Part shown: positions 8,445 to 17,808 of the stretch, in pieces | How positions within the stretch are numbered: the stretch's first letter is position 1 | How the letters are laid out: each line of letters opens with the position of its first letter | From: Anaerolineae bacterium | Lineage (GTDB): Bacteria; Chloroflexota; Anaerolineae; JAAYZQ01 | DNA: 64,000 nucleotides | Assembly: GCA_041300865.1 (NCBI GenBank) | Contig: JBFYTF010000172.1 | Span: forward strand, 113,754-177,753 | Reading direction: 5' to 3' | Program-made: the position numbers and the translations under genes | Notes under the pieces: generated by a model | The model's input: the letters and a program-made list of their open reading frames with translations, nothing else | Told to the model about the DNA's origin: nothing | The model's database searches: none

Positions 8445-11400
8445 GTGGATGGTTTATCCCGCCGCACCGTTCTGCCTCGGTGCGCGTTTGCTGAAGGGCT
8501 ACCCTCTGTACGTCGCGCGCTTGGCAGCGGCTGTGCCGGCAAGCCTCGCCGGCTGGCCGCGGTCACGGTAGCGCAAGTCCCCGAGGTCGACGTGCTGCAC
8601 CGTCGCGGCACCGCTGCTTCCTGGGTCCAGGGCCGCGACATCCCCGGACCGTGGCGCCCGCTGGCCTGGGTGGGCAGCCTGGGCCTTGGGCTGGGCTTCT
8701 ACATGCTCGTGGCCCGACGCCTGCACATCCCCTATCACTCGTTCCAGGACGTTGTAGCCACACCGGCCTTTGACAACCACGCCGAGCTACAGGATCTAGC
8801 CCTTTATCTGCTGGCTCTGGTCCTGGTGCCGCTGATAATGGCCGCAGGTTATGTTCTGTGGCTGGGCCTCGTTGCGCTGCTCAGTACCCAGCGCGAGCCT
8901 GTGGCGCGGTGGAGCCCACCGCTGGCGACGCTCGTCCTCCTGCTGTCCTGGCTGGGGGTCCTGGCCTGGGGGCCGCCCGTCCTGGCCTCGGCGCTCTTGC
9001 TGGGGGGCGGCGTGCTGGTGATCGTTGAGGGGCTGGAGATTGCACGGGCTCGTCTCGCGCACAGCCTGCTGCCGGCGGCCGGCCTGCCCAGCCCGGCGCT
9101 GCAGGGGGCGGTGGCGCTTCTCGGTCTGGGCGTGGGGGTCGCACTACTCGTCGGTCCCCGGCCAGTGCTGCCGTTCGCTGTGCCCGCGGTCGGCGTTGGG
9201 GCGTGTGCAATGGGCCTGTGGGCCACCTGGCTGGCTATATCCTATGGCCTGGCCCGCGCCTGGCAAAAGGAATGGCGCACGCTGGGCCAGGCCCTGGCTT
9301 GTGCCTGCCTACCCCTGTCCCTGTTCTTTGTCCGGGGCCTACTGTGGTGGGAAGTCTGGCAGGCCGGGACCCGGGTGGCGAGCCACGGCTCGCCCTGTGG
9401 TCCGGCCCTCCTGGGCACCGTGGCCCTGGTCGGCGTTGGAGTGGTGGCCTGGGTGGCTCTGGCGGCAGTGCGCCGGGGCACAGAAGTCCAGGGACGGGTT
9501 TTCTGGGGCTGGTTCTGGTGGCTGGCTGTGCCCCTGCTGTTGTATGCCCTGCGTTACAGCCCCAACATCCACGGACCGCTGGACCTCTTTCACGAGGGGG
9601 AACGCCTGGCCCCCGCTCACGCGCTGATGAATGGCCGCGTGGCCTATCGTGATATCGTTTTCGTTCACGGTTTTGGCCGGGACCCGGGCGTTGCCCTGGT
9701 GGCCTTTCGCCTCATGGGCGTTACGGTCGAATCGTTGCGCATGATGGAACACTGGCTCCAGCCCCTGGCCTTTGTGGCCACCTACTACCTGGTGCTGGTG
9801 AGCGTGGGCGGCGGTTGGGCGCTTGCCTATGCGTTCTTGGTCTTGACGCGTTTCTTTCCCATCTTTTACGACTGGCGGATCCTGCCCACGATGGCTGCCT
9901 TGGCCTGCCTGGTGCTGGGTCTGCAGCGGCGACATGGGCTGGGTTGGCCCCTGGCGGCAGGGCTGCTCACCTTTCTAGGCATGGCCGTGGCTTTTGACCT
10001 GGGCACCGTGGCTCTGGCTTGCGGCCTGGCCTTGGGCGTCGCCCTCGCATTGTTCCGGTGGCGCCCGTTCGGGCTCCGCCCCCTCCTGGCCTACACCCTG
10101 CCCCTGGCCGCCGGCACCTTGGGTCTCTGGCTGTGGGCCGAGCCAGCCGGTGCCTGGGACGCCTTGCTGGCCTGGCACGCCCAGATTCTGGATGTTTACC
10201 GCGACTGGAACGGAATGCCGTTCCCTACCTCGGCCACGAGCCTGGCAGAGCTCGTGGAACGCTTTCTTTCACCCCTGGCCAGTGTTCTGGCCCTCGTGGT
10301 GTTATTGATGGCCGCCGTCCGCAACAAGTGGCAGCCCTGGACCTGGGCAGTGCTGGTGCTGCTGGTCGCCAACGTGACCCTGTTCAACCGAGGAGTGGTC
10401 GGCGGTTACGAGCAGGGCACGGCTCTGTTCACGGCCTCGCATTTCGGCCCCCTTTTGCTTCTTCAGCTCGGCTCGTTCCCCGCTGCGCGGCGCCGCGTGG
10501 GCACCGCCCTGATTGTCCTGGTGGCCCTCACCCTCGTCGTGTCACCGACCTGGTTCTCCCTGGTTGGGCTCAGCCCTGGACAGTTTCTGGTCAGCCTGCA
10601 CCTGCGGAACCGGCTCGTGGTACCCGACACTTGGGTGCAGTCGGGTGTGGAGAGGATCGGCGCCATCTATCTGCCCCGTGAGCAGGAGGAGTCGCTGGCC
10701 GAGATCACCGCGCTCTTACAGGGGAGCACGTTCTGGGATCAGACCGATCAGGGCGCGCTCTATTTTCTCAGCGACGGCGCCGGACCAAGCCGTTTTTACA
10801 CCACGCACCACGTTATCAACAGCGACAATCAACGCGAGGTGATCCGCGACCTGTCGGAGGCTCCGCCTGAACGGGTCCTCTATTGCTCCGGCACAGGCTG
10901 GGACGCTATCGCGGGCATCGATCGGACGTTGCGCAGCTTCCTTGTGTCCGAGTATCTGCTCCTGAACTACCACCCCACTGCCCAGGTAGGTGGCTTTACC
11001 GTGCTGGAGCCCGGCCCTGTACTGCCCTCCGAACCACCGCTGGAGTTCCCCGTAGACCTGGGGTACGTGCCGCTCCTGTGGGGCCAGGACCGGCTGGGGG
11101 ACCTGGAAGCTCTGGGGCCCGTGAACGAGATTGCCTGGTCCTTCGAGTCAGAATCTGATGTTGAGGACTGGCACGCTAGTGGCAGCGCACTCGTGGCCCT
11201 TGTCGACGAAGAAGGCTGGCACCTCCGCGCGGCTGCGGGTGGTGTCAGCCTCGAAAACAGCTCCCTTGTCGTCGATCCACCGCATGTTACCTATCTGGCC
11301 CTGGGCCTGCAGGTGGACGCGTCGTGCCCCGGGTCTGGAGTGGCCCGGCTCTATTGGAGGGCGCCTTCTGGCGACTGGGCTGAGGCACGCAGCGTCGTGT

Positions 11401-11570
11401 TTCGGCTGCAGGGAGATGGGCAAGAGCACGTCTACCTGGTGCGCCTGGCCTCCTTCCCTGCCTGGACGTGGAGCAAGCCCATCCAGGGCCTACGGCTCGA
11501 CCTTTCCGGCTGCCCGGCCCTGGATACCACCCTGCATTCTGTTGAGCTGTTCCACGTCCAGGAATGGTAG
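8445..11570 (+). CDS. Large polytopic membrane protein with ~400-aa C-terminal extracytoplasmic domain (possible novel GT-C-like enzyme)
   Basis: 1041-aa ORF. Roughly the first 650 aa are a series of hydrophobic helices. The C-terminal third is soluble-like and beta-rich. The true start is uncertain: the first in-frame ATG is at ~8700, and several GTG codons lie between 8445 and 8700. Confidence 0.6.
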   Translation: MDGLSRRTVLPRCAFAEGLPSVRRALGSGCAGKPRRLAAVTVAQVPEVDVLHRRGTAASWVQGRDIPGPWRPLAWVGSLGLGLGFYMLVARRLHIPYHSFQDVVATPAFDNHAELQDLALYLLALVLVPLIMAAGYVLWLGLVALLSTQREPVARWSPPLATLVLLLSWLGVLAWGPPVLASALLLGGGVLVIVEGLEIARARLAHSLLPAAGLPSPALQGAVALLGLGVGVALLVGPRPVLPFAVPAVGVGACAMGLWATWLAISYGLARAWQKEWRTLGQALACACLPLSLFFVRGLLWWEVWQAGTRVASHGSPCGPALLGTVALVGVGVVAWVALAAVRRGTEVQGRVFWGWFWWLAVPLLLYALRYSPNIHGPLDLFHEGERLAPAHALMNGRVAYRDIVFVHGFGRDPGVALVAFRLMGVTVESLRMMEHWLQPLAFVATYYLVLVSVGGGWALAYAFLVLTRFFPIFYDWRILPTMAALACLVLGLQRRHGLGWPLAAGLLTFLGMAVAFDLGTVALACGLALGVALALFRWRPFGLRPLLAYTLPLAAGTLGLWLWAEPAGAWDALLAWHAQILDVYRDWNGMPFPTSATSLAELVERFLSPLASVLALVVLLMAAVRNKWQPWTWAVLVLLVANVTLFNRGVVGGYEQGTALFTASHFGPLLLLQLGSFPAARRRVGTALIVLVALTLVVSPTWFSLVGLSPGQFLVSLHLRNRLVVPDTWVQSGVERIGAIYLPREQEESLAEITALLQGSTFWDQTDQGALYFLSDGAGPSRFYTTHHVINSDNQREVIRDLSEAPPERVLYCSGTGWDAIAGIDRTLRSFLVSEYLLLNYHPTAQVGGFTVLEPGPVLPSEPPLEFPVDLGYVPLLWGQDRLGDLEALGPVNEIAWSFESESDVEDWHASGSALVALVDEEGWHLRAAAGGVSLENSSLVVDPPHVTYLALGLQVDASCPGSGVARLYWRAPSGDWAEARSVVFRLQGDGQEHVYLVRLASFPAWTWSKPIQGLRLDLSGCPALDTTLHSVELFHVQEW

Positions 11571-11645
11571 CGTCTTTTTCGCCGTAAGTGCCCCAGCTGG
11601 ACGAGGAGAGCAACCGCCAAAAAGGGGAGTGGGCGATGAGGTTGG

Positions 11646-13139
11646 TCAGGGCTCAGGGTAAAGATACACTGGGCTGGATCCCACACTCACAGTGGTTTCT
11701 CCGTCCGTTCGCCCGTCTGTGCCGTCGTACACCCAGCTCTCGACCCCATACTTGTCGACCACAAGCACGAGCTTTGCCGGCAGGGCGAGCGGATAGATCT
11801 GCCCGTCGCTGGTCCAGGCCACGGTGAATCGTTTCTGCCTGTCGGGTGCGAGAAACAGGTAGGCTTCCATGGCATCCGTGCCCTTCTCTTCGGTCGACAG
11901 CGCTCCAAGGTACCTGGTATTGCCCAACCGCGCGGCGGTGGTCTGGTAGGCGTAGAAGGCCAGTTTGCGGGTCAGGTCGGCCTCCAACAGGCCCGTCTTC
12001 CAGGGTCCCGTTTCCTCGTCGACGAGCATGAACCAGGATAGGCCTACGAGGTCAGCAGCCATCGCCTGAGCGTAGACGATGAGCACGTAGCGGCTCTGGA
12101 TTTCGTCTGTGCCCGTGTTGACGTTTTCCACACCCGCCTCGGTGCACATCACCGGCTTGTTCAGGCCATACGAGGCCAGCTTGTTGCGAAGATAGACGGT
12201 CTTGCCGATGAGGCCAGGCCCAAAGGGCGCCCACTTTTCGGCAAAGGCCGTGGGGTAGTAGTGAAAGTTGAGCACGTCAAAGTAAGCGCTTCCACCGTGC
12301 TCTAGCACGCGATCTAGGAACTCGGGCACAAACGGTCCGCCCTCTGCTTCCCAGATTTCGTAGGGCGTCGCCCAGAAATCGAATGCAAGACCACCCAGGA
12401 GCACTTGGACCTCGGGGTCTACCTGCTTGATGGGTTGGTAGACCGCCGCCAACATCTCGGCGTAGGCCTCCGCGTGGTAGCCCCAGTAGCCTAGAGCCGC
12501 GGCCCAGAGGTGATCTCCATTGTCCGGCTCGTTGTAAAACTCCCATAGCTTGACGTCGTAGGGCGGGGCGCTGTACCGGTCGACGGCGGCGACTACAAAT
12601 TCGACGAACTCGCTGAGGGGCACCTTGTCGATGGGGCCACCGGGGTACGTGGCCGCCCAGCCCGGATTGCCCTCGATCGTGAGAATCAAATCCATGCTGC
12701 TGGCCCTCATTTGCGCCAGCGCCTGCTCGTAGACAGGGGACCACTGAAATTCGCTTGGGCCGGTGTTTACGGGCTCCACCGATGCCCATTTCAATGGAAT
12801 GCGGACCCGCGCCACTCCCGCCTCGGCTGCTTCGGCGACCTCGGTATCGGTGCCGGCGTACATCTGGATCCCGAAACGGGAATCCGCGTAGGCGCGGTAG
12901 GAATGCTGCACAAGCGGGAGAAAGATCGACTGCGTCGGTGTCTGCGCCGGCTCAACCTCGACGGGGAGCGAAACGGAGAAGAGAGAGCGTGCCTGCGAGG
13001 CAGGAAGCAGCCCGGCTAGGAGCAGGGCCACTGCCAGCGACCAGAATCGCCGGCTCGGGCTCCCTCGCCTGGAAGGCAAAGCCCCGTGCTTCTTGCGCGG
13101 GCAAGCTGCATATTTCACCCTGGTTTCTGTGGTCTCCAT
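11646..13139 (-). CDS. Secreted clan GH-A glycoside-hydrolase-like protein, paralog group I (divergent)
   Basis: It has a signal-like N-terminus (FWSLAVALLLAGLLPASQA). Motifs 'LWEFYNEPD', 'FDVLNFHYY' and 'PVMCTEAG' are colinear with the 5731 and 16338 proteins. Confidence 0.75.
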   Translation of the reverse strand: METTETRVKYAACPRKKHGALPSRRGSPSRRFWSLAVALLLAGLLPASQARSLFSVSLPVEVEPAQTPTQSIFLPLVQHSYRAYADSRFGIQMYAGTDTEVAEAAEAGVARVRIPLKWASVEPVNTGPSEFQWSPVYEQALAQMRASSMDLILTIEGNPGWAATYPGGPIDKVPLSEFVEFVVAAVDRYSAPPYDVKLWEFYNEPDNGDHLWAAALGYWGYHAEAYAEMLAAVYQPIKQVDPEVQVLLGGLAFDFWATPYEIWEAEGGPFVPEFLDRVLEHGGSAYFDVLNFHYYPTAFAEKWAPFGPGLIGKTVYLRNKLASYGLNKPVMCTEAGVENVNTGTDEIQSRYVLIVYAQAMAADLVGLSWFMLVDEETGPWKTGLLEADLTRKLAFYAYQTTAARLGNTRYLGALSTEEKGTDAMEAYLFLAPDRQKRFTVAWTSDGQIYPLALPAKLVLVVDKYGVESWVYDGTDGRTDGETTVSVGSSPVYLYPEP

Positions 13140-13177
13140 TGTTCTTAAACGAGCATCCGGATTGTTGCGAGGGAGCC

Positions 13178-13206
13178 ATTATAGCAGTCATGCAGGCAAC
13201 CGGCAA
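13178..13206 (-). promoter_or_regulatory. Sigma70-type promoter, minus strand (half-copy of the cassette)
   Basis: The minus strand reads TTGCCG-17-TATAAT with TGC upstream. 'attatagcagtc' is shared with 8141-8152. It lies ~40 nt upstream of the ATG at 13139. Confidence 0.55.
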
Positions 13207-13209
13207 ATG

Positions 13210-16200
13210 CTAAGGATCACTAATCGGAGACGCAGAAGAAACTAGAGGCAGCCAAGTCGCCTGGCAGGCGCAGGTAACCGAGATGTCATGGTGGCCACCT
13301 GGAATGCCAGAGATCAGCAGGCCGTCGACGGTCATTTCCACAGCGGGCTGCGCCAGCCGCCCCCCATCCCAGATGGGGATGCCGTCCATGATCACTTGGG
13401 CATCGAGGCGATGAACGGGCAGCAGGACATCACCCGCCGTGTCCTGTGGGCTCCACACACGCAAATCCAGTTGCCCGCAGCCTGGAAGCTGCCACTCGAT
13501 GGCGAGGAGGCCGTTGTCCATGGGCACAGAGCCGTGAGCGTGTCGGAGCCCGCCGGGATGCGGCGCGACTCGCCACGTAGCGGGATCCAGGACCAGGCCC
13601 CCCAGGACGTGGCTGGACAAAAACCAGCTCGGCGAAGCGCCCCAGGCATGGGATAGGCTGTGGCCCCGGGTCTGTCTCGGCGTGTACAGCTCCCACCAGG
13701 TCGTGGCTCCCTGGGCCAGCATCTCGCCGTATCGCCCGCGAATCAGGGCCAGGGCAGTTGGGGTGGCGCCGCCCACCGCTAGGCCCTCAAGGACCGAGGA
13801 CAGCCCAAGTGGTTCGGTGGCGGACACGCCCTCCGGGCTGAAAAAGGGCACGAGTTTCCGGCTAAGGGCGGCAACCGTCGAGGCACGGCGCTCGGCTGGC
13901 ACCACCCCGTAGCGCAGAGCCCACGCCTGGGCATGCAGCGTGGGGCCTACCACTACCCCGTCCAGGCGGCTGGTGGCATAGCAACCGTCTTCGGGCAAAA
14001 AGAGCAGATCGTTGATGCGCTGCCGGACGGTGGCGCTCTTGTCCCGGTAGTACTGTGCCCGGGTATCATCTCCCATCGCCAGGGCCATCTCTCCCAATTG
14101 CCACAGGACGGAGGAATACTGGGCGTTCAAAGCCGTCGACTCGCCGCTCCTGCTGCTCGCCGCCGACCAGTCGACGAGAGCCGACTGGGACCAATGCGCC
14201 GGGGGCACGTTCATGAGCCCCGAAGCATCCTCGTAGCTGGCCAGGAAGCTGGCGAGCCTTTCGGCGGCCGGATACAGTTCGAGGACTGGCCCAAGGTCCT
14301 GGCTCTGCGTCCAGTAGAGGTAAAGTCCCTCCATCCAGAGCATCCCGAAATCCAACATGAACCCGCCAGGCCAATTCGGCGCCATTCCGGGCGGTCTGCC
14401 GTCCTCGTCGATGGCGTCTGCCATCTGGCGCAGACCGCGGCGCAGCAGGGCCAGGTCGCCAAAAGCAGCGCGGTTGGCATAGTAGGCGATCATGGCGTCG
14501 CCCCACCACTGGCCCCGCTCTCGCCAGGGAGTGTCCGTGTAGGCATCGGCCATGTTGACCCGCACGGTGTCGACTCCGGTCTGCCAGATGGTGTCGAGGA
14601 GGGGATCGGAAGAAGCAAACGTGCCAAGCTGCTCCACCGGGTAGAGCTCTTCCCGGATGTGGACCTGTTGCAGCCGGACCGGGCCGGGGCCCCACACCTG
14701 GAGGAGCAGGTAGCGTCCTGCCCGGGCATCCAGAGTAGTGAGCCAACGCGGTGTGCCATCGAGGATCCACGAGTCGACCTGGCTCCAGAGATTCGAGCTC
14801 AGGGAACCGGGGTCGGGCAGCGGCCGGCCCTCCGTCAGGCGCTCGTCCAACCCGGCGTCGATCATCGTGCCTGCCGGCCCCTCCACTTCCAGGCTGATCC
14901 GGCCATGCAGGGTGCGCCCAAAGTCGAGGACCACGTAACGAGGCACGCTGGCCGTGGGCAAAACCACGTTGGCCCCGCCCTCTTCCAGGCTGACCTGCGC
15001 AGCCTCGTCCCCACCGGGCACGGGGTTCGCGAGCAAGGTCCGACGTCCTGGATCATGGCTGGGCGGCAGGCCAGAAAGCGCCGAGATTTGCAGATCCTGT
15101 TGCGCTATGGCTAGGACCCGCCCTCCAACCGGCGTGCAGATCGCCGGGGCGAATGCATCGCCTGTGCCGTTCGCCTGGGGCTCGCTCCGGTGTGTTACGC
15201 AGGTACCATCGCCGGGCACATCGATCGCTAGGCTGTGCTCTCCTGCTGCGACCCAGGCTGATGCCAGCAGGACGTCGGGGCGCCGCGGATCGCTGAGGGC
15301 GGTCCAGGTCACGGGTGGGCCGGCATCAACGGACACCGCGCCAACTTCTAACGCTTCGAGGCGCAGCCAGGTAGGCCGGGTAGCAGTCACCGCCAGGCTG
15401 TAGGTAGCGGTCGCCGTCCCTTCGGGCGCATTGAGCTCGACGAGCTGCCAGCCTGGCGACAGCAGCCCACTCTCCACGAGGGCGATGGGCAAGCGGGCTA
15501 CCTCGTCCAGTGCGGGAATCGTTCGGGGGCCGAGGGCCGGAAAAGGAGTTGGCAGGATTTCCAGCGCAAGGGACCAGCTAGCGTCGTCAAAGGCCGGCTG
15601 CGCCCAACCGGCCGGCAGCAGCCGCAGGTCCAGGATCTCCATGGGACCGATGAGCTGCAGCTCTGAGACCGGCGCTGCTTGGCTGTCCCAGGCCGGGGAA
15701 ACGGTGGCCTTCCAACCGGGCCCTGTGGCAGTTACCGTCTGCCACCCGGTGCCGTTCCAACCTTGTACTCTTGCCTGCAGGGCGGGGCGCAGCGATTCGG
15801 AGCGGCGGACATTGGGCGCGTACTGGACGAGAACTGCCAGGAGGTGTGAGCCGGGGGACAGGTCGCCGAGCGCCAGGCTATCGAACTCTTGCCGCACCCG
15901 CGAAAACCTCGCTGGTCCACGGCCCAGCCACTGGCCGTCCAGCCACACTTCATAGCGCGTATCGGCAATGATCGAAAGGTGCAGATCGACCAATCCCGCG
16001 GGCAGGTCAAAGGGGCTGCGGAAGAGCGCCACGGCTCCCGGGTTTGTATCGCCCGGGGGCCAGACAGGGCTGCCGCCGAGGACGGCCTGGGCGCTGTCGC
16101 GCGGGGCAGCCGCGGCCGGCTTGGCCAGGCCGGCGAGGGGTGGCAGGGCCCCGTCGGCAAGCAGCGCTACCACGACTGCCAGGGCGAGAGAAGCAGGGAG

Positions 16201-16317
16201 CCGGCCGTGCGTCCGGCGGACGCGCGCCGAAACTGATGTCGTCCTGGTCCGGCGGGGGGGAGTTGCTGATTCGACCATTTGACAGACCTCAGCACTGTGT
16301 GCTAGAATGTCCGGCAT
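13210..16317 (-). CDS. GH78-like (alpha-L-rhamnosidase family) six-hairpin glycosidase
   Basis: 1035-aa ORF. The C-terminal half carries rhamnosidase-type motifs: 'GATTWWELY' (compare TLWE.W) and 'SLSHAWGASPSWFL' (compare SLNH...GS...W). The N-terminal hydrophobic segment is LALAVVVALLA. The start is ATG 16317 or 16278. Confidence 0.65.
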   Translation of the reverse strand: MPDILAHSAEVCQMVESATPPRRTRTTSVSARVRRTHGRLPASLALAVVVALLADGALPPLAGLAKPAAAAPRDSAQAVLGGSPVWPPGDTNPGAVALFRSPFDLPAGLVDLHLSIIADTRYEVWLDGQWLGRGPARFSRVRQEFDSLALGDLSPGSHLLAVLVQYAPNVRRSESLRPALQARVQGWNGTGWQTVTATGPGWKATVSPAWDSQAAPVSELQLIGPMEILDLRLLPAGWAQPAFDDASWSLALEILPTPFPALGPRTIPALDEVARLPIALVESGLLSPGWQLVELNAPEGTATATYSLAVTATRPTWLRLEALEVGAVSVDAGPPVTWTALSDPRRPDVLLASAWVAAGEHSLAIDVPGDGTCVTHRSEPQANGTGDAFAPAICTPVGGRVLAIAQQDLQISALSGLPPSHDPGRRTLLANPVPGGDEAAQVSLEEGGANVVLPTASVPRYVVLDFGRTLHGRISLEVEGPAGTMIDAGLDERLTEGRPLPDPGSLSSNLWSQVDSWILDGTPRWLTTLDARAGRYLLLQVWGPGPVRLQQVHIREELYPVEQLGTFASSDPLLDTIWQTGVDTVRVNMADAYTDTPWRERGQWWGDAMIAYYANRAAFGDLALLRRGLRQMADAIDEDGRPPGMAPNWPGGFMLDFGMLWMEGLYLYWTQSQDLGPVLELYPAAERLASFLASYEDASGLMNVPPAHWSQSALVDWSAASSRSGESTALNAQYSSVLWQLGEMALAMGDDTRAQYYRDKSATVRQRINDLLFLPEDGCYATSRLDGVVVGPTLHAQAWALRYGVVPAERRASTVAALSRKLVPFFSPEGVSATEPLGLSSVLEGLAVGGATPTALALIRGRYGEMLAQGATTWWELYTPRQTRGHSLSHAWGASPSWFLSSHVLGGLVLDPATWRVAPHPGGLRHAHGSVPMDNGLLAIEWQLPGCGQLDLRVWSPQDTAGDVLLPVHRLDAQVIMDGIPIWDGGRLAQPAVEMTVDGLLISGIPGGHHDISVTCACQATWLPLVSSASPISDP
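16279..16308 (+). promoter_or_regulatory. Sigma70-type promoter
   Basis: TTGACA-18-TAGAAT with TGTGC upstream (extended -10). The downstream SD is AAGGAGG and the ATG is at 16338. It overlaps the 5' end of the divergent GH78-like ORF. Confidence 0.6.
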
Positions 16318-16337
16318 GCTCCAAGGAGGTGCCTGAC

Positions 16338-17792
16338 ATGAAGCCTAACCGCCACCGCCTGTCGTGGTCCGTCTGGCTGCTGTTGATCCTGACCATCCTG
16401 CTGTCCTCGTTTTTGCTGCCGGGACCGTTGCCCGGTAAAGCAGCTGCACCTGTGCAGATGCACCTGTCCTATCTACCATCCGTCGTCTTTGACACCGGCT
16501 ACCCACGGCCCTTTGGCACCGAATGGATGCAGTCGTCTACGTTAGTATCGAGCTATACTCAGCATGCCCAAGACCTCGGCTTGAGCTCGATCCGGCTGTA
16601 CCGCGTGAGTTGGCGGGCCGTCCAGCCCGTTGAAAGTGGCCCTTATGACTGGTCCGTCCTGCGCACGCTCGAGGCCGAACTCGTGGCAGCGCGGCAAGCC
16701 GGCCTCGTGCCAATGGTCGTCGTCCATCATAGTCCTACGTGGGCGACGATCAACGAACCTTTCGTGACCGACTGCGGCGCCATCCGCACAGACAAGTTCC
16801 AGGCCTTTGCGAATTTCATGTCTGCCCTCGTCACGCGCTACAAGCAGCCGCAGTTCGACGTCCACTATTGGGAGCTGGGCAACGAGCCCGACGTCGATCC
16901 GACCCTCGTGCCCCCCGACCAGGTCTTCGGCTGCTGGGGTGACATCGACGACCCTTACTATGGCGGACGCCACTATGGCGAGATGCTGAAGGTGGTTACG
17001 CCCTCCATCAAGGCGGCGGATCCCAAGGCCAAGGTCATCATCGGCGGCCTATTGCTCGACGCGCCGGTTCCCCTGCCCGGAGAGGGTAATCCTCAACGCT
17101 TTTTTGAGGGCATCCTCGTGACCGGCGCGGCTCCGTACCTGGACATCGTGGCCTATCATTCATATCCTTCTTACACGGGCCGGCTCCATGACTATGACCT
17201 CGCGAACCAGGAGTGGTTAGCGTGGGGCGGCTGGACGCTCGGTAAGGCGCGGTTCCTGCGTGCAGCCATGGCTTCCTTCGGTGTTTCGAAACCCGTCATG
17301 CTGAACGAAACGGCCCTGGGCTGCAACTCCGACTGGTATGCCTGCGACCCTCCTCCTATCGAGTTTTTTCAAGCACAGGCCAATTATCTGGTCCGCGTCT
17401 TTACCCGCGCCCGCAGCGAGGATATTCAGGGTCTTTCCTGGTACACTCTGAATGGACCGGGTTGGCGAAGCACCGGCCTTCTGGACGAGAACGGAGTCCC
17501 GCGGCCGGCCTATTGGGCCTACCAACAGCTTGCATCGCAGCTCAATCGCAGCCTGTACGAGGGCACCGTCACTTACGGCTCGGACGTCGAGGCCTACAGC
17601 TTTGTACGGGCCAAGGAGCGCGTGCATGTCGCCTGGTCCCTCGATTATACTGCCGATACCATAAGCGTATCCCAATCCTCATTCCTGGCGGCCTATGACC
17701 GCGACGGCACGGCTCTGTCGCCCGTGGCCTCGGGCACATCCTACCAGTTCAGCGTGGGCTTCAGTCCCATCTACCTGGTCCTGAAAAAGTGA
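16338..17792 (+). CDS. Secreted clan GH-A glycoside-hydrolase-like protein, paralog group I
   Basis: It starts MKPNRHRLSWSVWLLLILTILLSSFLL, a signal peptide. 'HYWELGNEPDVDPTLVP..VFGCWG' is nearly identical to the 5731 protein, and 'PVMLNETA' is also shared. The ORF-track start at 16044 is rejected. Confidence 0.8.
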   Translation: MKPNRHRLSWSVWLLLILTILLSSFLLPGPLPGKAAAPVQMHLSYLPSVVFDTGYPRPFGTEWMQSSTLVSSYTQHAQDLGLSSIRLYRVSWRAVQPVESGPYDWSVLRTLEAELVAARQAGLVPMVVVHHSPTWATINEPFVTDCGAIRTDKFQAFANFMSALVTRYKQPQFDVHYWELGNEPDVDPTLVPPDQVFGCWGDIDDPYYGGRHYGEMLKVVTPSIKAADPKAKVIIGGLLLDAPVPLPGEGNPQRFFEGILVTGAAPYLDIVAYHSYPSYTGRLHDYDLANQEWLAWGGWTLGKARFLRAAMASFGVSKPVMLNETALGCNSDWYACDPPPIEFFQAQANYLVRVFTRARSEDIQGLSWYTLNGPGWRSTGLLDENGVPRPAYWAYQQLASQLNRSLYEGTVTYGSDVEAYSFVRAKERVHVAWSLDYTADTISVSQSSFLAAYDRDGTALSPVASGTSYQFSVGFSPIYLVLKK

Positions 17793-17808
17793 CGGGGCGC
17801 GTCTCGCC

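Noticed and set aside
16278-16317. Twin-arginine (Tat) signal at the N-terminus of the GH78-like protein (PPRRTRTT).
   Set aside because: It does not fit the S/T-R-R-x-F-L-K pattern. The start codon itself is ambiguous (16317 or 16278) and overlaps the divergent promoter.
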